Source of the DNA: Candidatus Micrarchaeota archaeon
Lineage (GTDB): Archaea; Micrarchaeota; Micrarchaeia; Anstonellales; Anstonellaceae
DNA length: 11,427 bases
Reading direction: 5' to 3'
NCBI GenBank assembly: GCA_013331805.1
Contig: DUFS01000078.1
Location: forward strand, 1-11,427
Of this stretch, positions 5,956 through 11,427 are shown piece after piece. A program made the translations under genes and the position numbers. The notes under the pieces are model-generated. The model saw only the letters and a list, made by a program, of their open reading frames with translations, did no database searches and had not been told where the DNA came from. How positions within the stretch are numbered: position 1 is the first letter of the stretch; the number at the start of each line of letters is the position of its first letter.

Positions 5956-7215
5956 CTAGAATTCCACCCTGTCACAGCGCATATAGTCGCGAAGAACCTT
6001 GGGAACGGTGAAGCCGCTTTCATCCTGGCAATTCTCCATTATGGCGATCATCGTCCTGCCGACCGCAATCCCGCTCCCGTTTAGCGTGTGCACGAACTCC
6101 ATTTTCCCAGCCCTCCTGAAGCGGATGGCGGCCCTCCTTGCCTGGAAGTCAGTGCAGTTGGAGCATGAGGAAATTTCCCTGTATTTGTCCTGCGAAGGAA
6201 GCCAAACCTCTATGTCATAGGTTTTCGAAGAGGCAAAGCCAAGGTCTGCTGTGCAAAGCTCGACAACCCTGTACGGAAGCTCCAGCTTCTGCAGCACTGA
6301 CTCTGCATCCTTGGTAAGCGTTTCGAGCTCATGGTAGGATTTCTCGGGCGCTGAAAACTTGACCAGCTCCACCTTGCTGAATTGGTGTTGCCGGAGTATT
6401 CCCTTGATGTCCTTTTGGTAGCTTCCTGCCTCCCTGCGGAAGCACGGGGTGTACGCGCAGAATTTCATTGGAAGTGAAGCCTCCTCGAGTATTTCGCCTG
6501 CAAACAGGTTGGTGACAGGTACTTCGGCAGTGGGGATGAGCCAGAGGTCGTCATCGCAGCACTTGTAGAGCTCCTCTGCGAATTTTGGAAGCTGGCCTGT
6601 CCCGGTCATTGTTTTGCTGTTCACAAGGAAAGGGGGGAGAAGCTCGGTATACCCGTTCATCACCTGCAGGTCGAGCATGAAATTCACAAGCGAGCGCTCC
6701 AGCCTTGCCGCAAGGCCTTTGAGAACTACAAAGCGGTGCCCTGCGAGTTTCGCGCCCCGCTCAAAATCAATCAGGCTTTTTTCAGCAACCTCGTAATGCG
6801 GCTTTGCGGATTTGCTGTCCTTTTTCGGATTGCCCCATTTGCGGACCTCTTGGTTGTCCTCCTCGCTTTTGCCAACTGGGACGGATTTGTCCGGAAGGTT
6901 CGGCACATTCATGAGTATGCCCGCCATTTCAGCCTCTTGCTTTTCTGCTTTCGCATCGAGCGAGGCGATTTCTTCAGAAAGCTCCTTGGTTTTTTTTATT
7001 ATGGGCTCTATTTTTTCGCCTTTTTTCTTTGCTTCGGATATTTTCAGCGAAACCGCGTTCTTTTCGCCCTTGAGCTTGTCAGCCTGCTGCTTGAAATGGC
7101 GCCACTTCTTGTCCAGCTCAATCAGCTTTTTCACAGGTTCGATGCCCTGCCCCCTGTCCTTTAGCGATTGCTCGAGTATCCCCGGGTCTTCCCTTATCAG
7201 TTTAAGAGAAAGCAT
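5956..7215 (-). CDS. serS: Seryl-tRNA synthetase (bacterial-like subtype)
   Basis: N-terminal coiled-coil arm; GTGQLPKF; LIPTAEVP; motif 2 CFRREAG...RQHQFSKVE; EISSCSNCTDFQARR; motif 3 HTLNGSGIAVGRT. Confidence 0.98.
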   Translation of the reverse strand: MLSLKLIREDPGILEQSLKDRGQGIEPVKKLIELDKKWRHFKQQADKLKGEKNAVSLKISEAKKKGEKIEPIIKKTKELSEEIASLDAKAEKQEAEMAGILMNVPNLPDKSVPVGKSEEDNQEVRKWGNPKKDSKSAKPHYEVAEKSLIDFERGAKLAGHRFVVLKGLAARLERSLVNFMLDLQVMNGYTELLPPFLVNSKTMTGTGQLPKFAEELYKCCDDDLWLIPTAEVPVTNLFAGEILEEASLPMKFCAYTPCFRREAGSYQKDIKGILRQHQFSKVELVKFSAPEKSYHELETLTKDAESVLQKLELPYRVVELCTADLGFASSKTYDIEVWLPSQDKYREISSCSNCTDFQARRAAIRFRRAGKMEFVHTLNGSGIAVGRTMIAIMENCQDESGFTVPKVLRDYMRCDRVEF

Positions 7216-8094
7216 CTACTTCAACTCCTTTTTGAGCTGTTCGATTAGCTCCTTTCCAATCCGAATCTGCGCCTCCTTGGTGCTGCCCCCTATGTGGGGC
7301 GTAAGGACTATGTTGTCAAGCTCGCAAAGCTTTCCAGTATAGGGCTCCTGCGGATAGACGTCGAGCGCAGCTCCTGCGATTTTCCCTTCCTTGAGCGCAA
7401 GATAGAGCGCTTCCTCATCCACCAAGCCGCCGCGCGCGGTGTTTATCAGGACCGCGCCCTTTCTCATTTTTGCAATTGCGGCAGGATTGATGAGCTCGCG
7501 GGTTTCTGGCGTCAGGGGCACATGCAGGCTGACATAGTCCGATAGCGCCATCAGGTCATTGAGATTCACCTGCCTGCCCAGGGTGGAATTGGGCGTCCTC
7601 GGGTCGTAGTAAACGATTTCCATGCCAAGCGCTGTAGCTTTTAACGCAAGCATGGCGCCTATTCTTCCCAGCCCCACTATTCCCAGTGTCTTGCCTTCGA
7701 GTTCGGTGCCAGAAAGCTCTTTTTTTATCCAGGTCTTTTTCTTCATTGAAAAGTCAGCCTTGGCTATCTTGCGGCTGACTGCGAACATCATTCCAAGCGC
7801 CAGCTCTGCAACCGCATTCGAGGAGGCGCCTGGGGTGCTGATCACCTTTATCCCCCTCTTTTCGCAGGCCTCCTTGTCGACATTGTCCAGGCCCACGCCC
7901 GCCCTTGCCACTATTTTGAGCCTGTGCGCATGCGAGAGCAGCTCAGCATTCACCTGGGTGGCGCTCCTTACAATTAGTATGTCCGCATCCTTGATGGCAG
8001 CCTTGAGATCATTCGGGACAAGGATTACCTCCCCAAGCTTTTGGATTTCGGAAACCGCCTCCTTTTCCATGCTGTCGGCAATCAGTATTTTCAT
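7216..8094 (-). CDS. serA: D-3-phosphoglycerate dehydrogenase-like D-2-hydroxyacid dehydrogenase, short form without ACT domain
   Basis: VRSAT, RAGVGLDNVD, AVAELA, Rossmann GIVGLGRIG, INTARGGLVDE, DVYPQEP and TPHIGGST.EAQ motifs. Probable start ATG 8094 after GGGGAG; GTG 8109 is the alternative. The TAG stop directly abuts the serS ATG. The serA assignment is supported by gene context. Confidence 0.8.
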   Translation of the reverse strand: MKILIADSMEKEAVSEIQKLGEVILVPNDLKAAIKDADILIVRSATQVNAELLSHAHRLKIVARAGVGLDNVDKEACEKRGIKVISTPGASSNAVAELALGMMFAVSRKIAKADFSMKKKTWIKKELSGTELEGKTLGIVGLGRIGAMLALKATALGMEIVYYDPRTPNSTLGRQVNLNDLMALSDYVSLHVPLTPETRELINPAAIAKMRKGAVLINTARGGLVDEEALYLALKEGKIAGAALDVYPQEPYTGKLCELDNIVLTPHIGGSTKEAQIRIGKELIEQLKKELK

Positions 8095-8105
8095 GTTCTC
8101 CCCTT

Positions 8106-9161
8106 TCACTTGCCCAGGACTTTTCGTATTGCATCAAAGGCGTATTCCAGGTCTTTGTCTTCGAAATTGCCTATGTGGCAGATCCTGAAGAATTTCCCCT
8201 GCAGCTCGCCGAAGTCGCGCGCAGTTACCAGTTGGTATTTTTCGCGCAGCTGCTTCCTTATTTCGTCAGCATTTTCCAGTATGAAGCCGGTTATTGTGGG
8301 CGAGTAGAAGCCCGGCTCTGCGAAAACCTTGTAGCCCATGCTTTCCACGAATTTCCTTGACTTTTCCGCTGCAGCGCCATGTCTTGCGCGGTGCGCCTCC
8401 CAGCCGCCCCTGGAGTCAATGTAGTCCAGCGCAGCCTTTATCGAGAAAATGGCCGAGACTGCTGGTGTGTAGGGGGTCTGGCTGTTTTCCATGTCCTTCT
8501 TGTATTTCTTCATGTCCAGGTAAAAGCTGCGCGCGGTTATTGACTCTGCACGCTTCATTGCTTCTTCCGTGAAAGCGACGATTCCCATGCCAGGCGCAGC
8601 GCCCATTGCCTTTTGCGAGCCGGTTGCTGCGAAGTCCACTCTGAATTCCTTTATGTCCAGCGGCGCAGCGCCCCATCCTGAAACAGCGTCCAGGATGGTC
8701 ACCATTCCTTTGGACTTGGCATAGCTGCATATTGCCCTGGCGTCGTTCAGAACGCCTGTGGATGTCTCATTGTAGACCATGGCGAATATCTGCGCCCCTG
8801 AACGGTCGATTGCATCCTTTGCGCGTTCCAATGACCAGCCCTTTCCCAGGGGCTGCTTTTCCACCTGCGTGCTGCAATAGACCTTGGAACAGGAGGCAAG
8901 CTTGTCGCCGAAAGTCCCGTTGGCTATCACCAGGGACTTGTCGTTGGGCTTGGTTAGGCAGGCAAAAGCCATCTCAATTCCTGCGGTGCCCGAGCCTGTG
9001 ACCAAAAAAACGTGGTCTGCGTTGAAATCCTTTTTCAGGCGGGGCACTATGTTGCCGATGAGCGCCTTTATTTCCGGCCCGCGGTGGTAGATCATCTCCT
9101 GGCTCAGGGAAAGCCTAATGGGGTCGGCAAGCGCAACCGGTCCTGGTGTTAGCAGTCGCAT
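8106..9161 (-). CDS. Class V PLP-dependent aminotransferase (AGAT/serine-pyruvate family), likely functioning as phosphoserine aminotransferase
   Basis: LLTPGP, HRG, GSGT, NGTFG, YNETSTG, DAVS and GSQKA (PLP lysine) motifs, with C-terminal FRICHIG. The SerC role is inferred from its position directly before serA and serS. Confidence 0.88.
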   Translation of the reverse strand: MRLLTPGPVALADPIRLSLSQEMIYHRGPEIKALIGNIVPRLKKDFNADHVFLVTGSGTAGIEMAFACLTKPNDKSLVIANGTFGDKLASCSKVYCSTQVEKQPLGKGWSLERAKDAIDRSGAQIFAMVYNETSTGVLNDARAICSYAKSKGMVTILDAVSGWGAAPLDIKEFRVDFAATGSQKAMGAAPGMGIVAFTEEAMKRAESITARSFYLDMKKYKKDMENSQTPYTPAVSAIFSIKAALDYIDSRGGWEAHRARHGAAAEKSRKFVESMGYKVFAEPGFYSPTITGFILENADEIRKQLREKYQLVTARDFGELQGKFFRICHIGNFEDKDLEYAFDAIRKVLGK

Positions 9162-9168
9162 GGAAAAA

Positions 9169-9174
9169 CTCCTT
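9169..9174 (-). promoter_or_regulatory. Shine-Dalgarno sequence of the aminotransferase gene
   Basis: AAGGAG with a 7-nt spacer to the ATG at 9161. Confidence 0.65.
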
Positions 9175-9191
9175 TTGCATCAAAATTCCGA

Positions 9192-9213
9192 TGACAAGAT
9201 TAAAATAATGTCA
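9192..9213. promoter_or_regulatory. Inverted repeat (candidate operator) around the AT-rich promoter core of the serine cluster
   Basis: TGACAagATTaaAATaaTGTCA is TGACA-N12-TGTCA with an inner ATT/AAT pair. It encloses TTATTTTAAT on the minus strand. Confidence 0.45.
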
Positions 9214-9228
9214 CAAGGCGCGGCTGGT

Positions 9229-9252
9229 GCGGGATGAAGGACAGCATCCCGC
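9229..9252 (-). terminator. GC-rich stem-loop just downstream of the 233-aa gene (terminator or 3'-stabilising hairpin candidate)
   Basis: GCGGGATG-N8-CATCCCGC is a perfect 8-bp stem, 7 nt after the TAG at 9260. No U-tract is immediately adjacent. Confidence 0.4.
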
Positions 9253-9259
9253 GAGGAAC

Positions 9260-9961
9260 CTAACTCCGTTTCCTGTAAAGCAGGTAGCCGCCCACTCCCA
9301 CGACGATGGCCAGGATGGCTGCCAGGAAGATTCCCAGCGTCGCGATTGCTGCAAGCTGCCTGGCCGTGCTGCCTTTTTGCCTGCTTTCAGTGCCGCTTTC
9401 GGCATTTTCCTCCCCAGTGCGCACCTGTCTGCCAGAATGAATCTGTACTGTCTCATTTTTTTCCTGCCCCTGCATGGTTGGCCCCTTTGTCTCAGGTTCG
9501 GACAGCTGTTCTTGGGAATCCGGAACAACCGCTGAAAATTCTTCCGGCAATTCTCCTGATGGCTGGGCAGGCGAGCGGCCACTGTTGGCAGCGCCTGCAG
9601 GCTCTTCCCCCTGCGCCTGGGATGCGATTGGATGTTCGGCTGGCGGCAAGAAATCTTGAGGTGAAGATTCAAGGTGAGATGGCATCACCTGAGGCGCAGG
9701 GGGAGCAGAGAGAAGACTGTCACAAGGTGCGGCATAGGGCCCACAATCCTGCCATGCAACCCCTGGGTTGCCCGCTGCATCTTGTAAGCCTAATCCTTGG
9801 TCCGGCTGCTCATTCCCAGGCGTTTCCGGGTTCTGCTGGCAGAATGTGCTCAGGCTGATGGGTTGCGAGCCGAGCGGCAGGTCGGGTGAGCAGGGCAAAG
9901 CCTCCTCTGCCCAGGAAACCGAAACCAGGACTGCCAATGCAAATAATATGGAAGCTTTCAT
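9260..9961 (-). CDS. Secreted, C-terminally anchored, low-complexity (P/Q/E/S-rich) surface protein
   Basis: Signal peptide MKASILFALAVLVSVSWA|EE, an acidic disordered body with four N-proximal Cys, then TM IATLGIFLAAILAIVVGVGGYLLY and basic tail RKRS. The start overlaps the upstream stop (ATGA 9958-9961). Confidence 0.8.
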   Translation of the reverse strand: MKASILFALAVLVSVSWAEEALPCSPDLPLGSQPISLSTFCQQNPETPGNEQPDQGLGLQDAAGNPGVAWQDCGPYAAPCDSLLSAPPAPQVMPSHLESSPQDFLPPAEHPIASQAQGEEPAGAANSGRSPAQPSGELPEEFSAVVPDSQEQLSEPETKGPTMQGQEKNETVQIHSGRQVRTGEENAESGTESRQKGSTARQLAAIATLGIFLAAILAIVVGVGGYLLYRKRS

Positions 9962-11427
9962 TCCAAGTCCTCCGAGTAAATCTTAACTTGTGGCAGGCCC
10001 TTCTCAAAATGCCTGGCTTCGCCTCCTTCCAAGTTCTCCAAGCCACTCTTCACTTGTGGCAGGCCTCCCTCAAAATGCCTGGCATCGCCTCCTTCCAGGC
10101 TACCGCCATAAGAACCGCCTCCTCCCTTTCGCTTGAAGTAAATGTAAATTCCAGCCCCTAGGGCAAGGGTCAATGCAGCAGCGCCAATCAGCAGAACCGA
10201 GGCAATTGGCATAGCTTTCTCCTCAATCCCCTGCTCCTGCGCAACTTGCCCTCCGGCCTCCTGCTCTTCCCCCAATTGCTGCTTTGGAGGGAGTTGCTGA
10301 GGCTGCGAGGGCTGCTCAGGCGGATAGATGGAACTGCTTGGTTCAGGCTTAACTTCCGGTTGGGGCTGTTCCTCAATGGGATTTTGCTGCTGGACAGGTG
10401 GCTTGCGTCCTTCGCCAGCTCCTACATTGCCCCCGGCGCTGCCTGACGAGCTCCCCTGCGGAGAGCCGGCCATGTATTGGTACTGTATTATGAATGAGGA
10501 ATGGGACAAGCCGGACACAGAGAGCGTGTTGCCTGAGAGAGTGCAGGTGATTCCCCCGGCAGTGCCATTGCAGGGCACTATAATTTCACCTGCTTCCCCG
10601 CAAAGCAAGGAGAAGGAGGCGGTGGCGTTCTCCTGATCCCTGACGCAGACTGCATCATAGGCTGGATTTGCCCCGCTGATGCTGATTGTTTTGGTGCCTG
10701 CGATCAACCCTGCCTGAGGTATGCCGCTTGAGGAGGCATAGGAGCGGTAGCCTGCCGGTCCCTGCGAGGTGGTGCTGTTTACAAGCTGCACCTCGCTGAA
10801 ATTCAGGGAGGTACTGGAGAAGTTGAAGCTGAAGTTGAGGAAGAGGAAGCCCCCTGATGTGACATTTACCGGAATATTGTCGCCATAACCCCTGCCAGTG
10901 AAGTTGGAAGTATTGGCTATTGTTGCAACAAGGTCGGAAAGCCCGGTTGCCGAAATATTGGATGCGTTGCCGTAGGCAGCTATCTGGATGTAGGGGTGCC
11001 AGTCCGAGCAGGAACCGGAGAAGTTGCCGCCAACAGTTGAGGAATTGAACGGCAGGGACGAGCCGGCATCGGCATAACTGTTGTTGTCAAGGTCCACTAT
11101 GTCGTATGTTACCCAGCTTCCTGTCCCATTTACAAAATAGTAAGTGTTGCCCCTGAAGGAGTCGTTGAGGGTGTTGCCTGCGCCATTAGTCAGGCAATAG
11201 ACCCAGCTGGCGCCAGTTATCGTGTTTTGCAGGAAGCTGTTGGTGTTGTAATAGTAGTTATAGAGGGCATAATCAGAGCCGGAGGAAATGGTGGAATTGG
11301 CGACATTGTTTCCAGTGCCATAATAAATCTCAAATCCTCTGCCCGTGTTGGAGATGGCGCTGATATTGGTGAAGTTGTTGTAACTTGAACTGCCCGTGTA
11401 GATGCCTGTGCCTGAGGTGGAGGTGCC
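9958..11427 (-). CDS. Surface glycoprotein with right-handed parallel beta-helix (NosD/CASH-like) repeats and a C-terminal TM anchor (5' partial)
   Basis: The frame is open beyond the ORF-track start (11097) to the window end: GTSTSGTGIYTGSSSYNNFTNISAISNTGRGFEIYYGTGNNVANSTISSGSDYALY...GNTYYFVNGTGSW..DIVDLDNNSYADAG..PF...DWHPY. It has many N-x-S/T sequons, a Cys-containing domain, a P/Q/E stalk, and TM ...LALGAGIYIYF followed by KRK. Confidence 0.85.
   Translation of the reverse strand, partial: GTSTSGTGIYTGSSSYNNFTNISAISNTGRGFEIYYGTGNNVANSTISSGSDYALYNYYYNTNSFLQNTITGASWVYCLTNGAGNTLNDSFRGNTYYFVNGTGSWVTYDIVDLDNNSYADAGSSLPFNSSTVGGNFSGSCSDWHPYIQIAAYGNASNISATGLSDLVATIANTSNFTGRGYGDNIPVNVTSGGFLFLNFSFNFSSTSLNFSEVQLVNSTTSQGPAGYRSYASSSGIPQAGLIAGTKTISISGANPAYDAVCVRDQENATASFSLLCGEAGEIIVPCNGTAGGITCTLSGNTLSVSGLSHSSFIIQYQYMAGSPQGSSSGSAGGNVGAGEGRKPPVQQQNPIEEQPQPEVKPEPSSSIYPPEQPSQPQQLPPKQQLGEEQEAGGQVAQEQGIEEKAMPIASVLLIGAAALTLALGAGIYIYFKRKGGGGSYGGSLEGGDARHFEGGLPQVKSGLENLEGGEARHFEKGLPQVKIYSEDLE
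9961..10097. repeat. 66-bp in-frame tandem repeat (about 2.1 copies) encoding a 22-aa cytoplasmic tail repeat
   Basis: 9981-10031 versus 10047-10097 match at 46 of 51 positions, and 9961-9980 also aligns with 10027-10046. Protein: LEGGDARHFEGGLPQVKSGLEN / LEGGEARHFEKGLPQVKIYSED / LE*. Confidence 0.9.

Noticed and set aside
5943..6023. ORF-track start (6023) of the membrane protein
   Set aside because: It would overlap the serS 3' end by 68 bp. ATG 5942 or 5927 lies just after the serS stop.
6736..8188. Long plus-strand ORFs (6736-7164, 6812-7342, 7622-8188)
   Set aside because: These are antisense shadows of serS and serA, with Ser/Phe-rich translations and no motifs.
9162..9259. T-box riboswitch or tRNA upstream of the serine/serS operon
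   Set aside because: Only 98 bp, with no T-box consensus (TGGNACCGCG), no specifier stem and no cloverleaf.
9211..9858. Overlapping ORFs 9211-9672 (-), 9227-9535 (+) and 9346-9858 (+)
   Set aside because: They are alternative frames over the 233-aa gene, which alone has a signal peptide, TM anchor and coupled start.
9961..10097. Direct repeats as a possible mini-CRISPR array
   Set aside because: Only two copies, the period is a multiple of 3 and in frame within a CDS, the 'spacers' are themselves similar, and there are no cas genes.

Overview
Archaeal genomic window. The canonical TFB, BRE-TATA promoters and glycosylated surface proteins show the archaeal origin; the gene styles suggest a DPANN/Micrarchaeota-like genome, which is inference. 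Left to right: the 3' end of a membrane-protein gene; a 904-aa mosaic protein (helical HEAT/ARM-like region, caspase-like clan CD His/Cys peptidase domain, FN3 domain, bacterial FCB-type T9SS/Por C-terminal sorting domain, no signal peptide); tfb with tandem promoters; an unannotated 24-aa membrane peptide ORF with its own BRE-TATA; a stand-alone mre11; a membrane protein with an apparently inactivated PD-(D/E)xK-like domain; a tightly coupled class V aminotransferase-serA-serS serine cluster with a bacterial-type SerRS and no serB; and two coupled surface-anchored proteins, one a beta-helix glycoprotein running off the right end with a 22-aa tandem repeat in its cytoplasmic tail. The 904-aa protease-T9SS-CTD fusion in an archaeon is the most unusual element. 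No RNA genes, CRISPR arrays or mobile elements were recognised.
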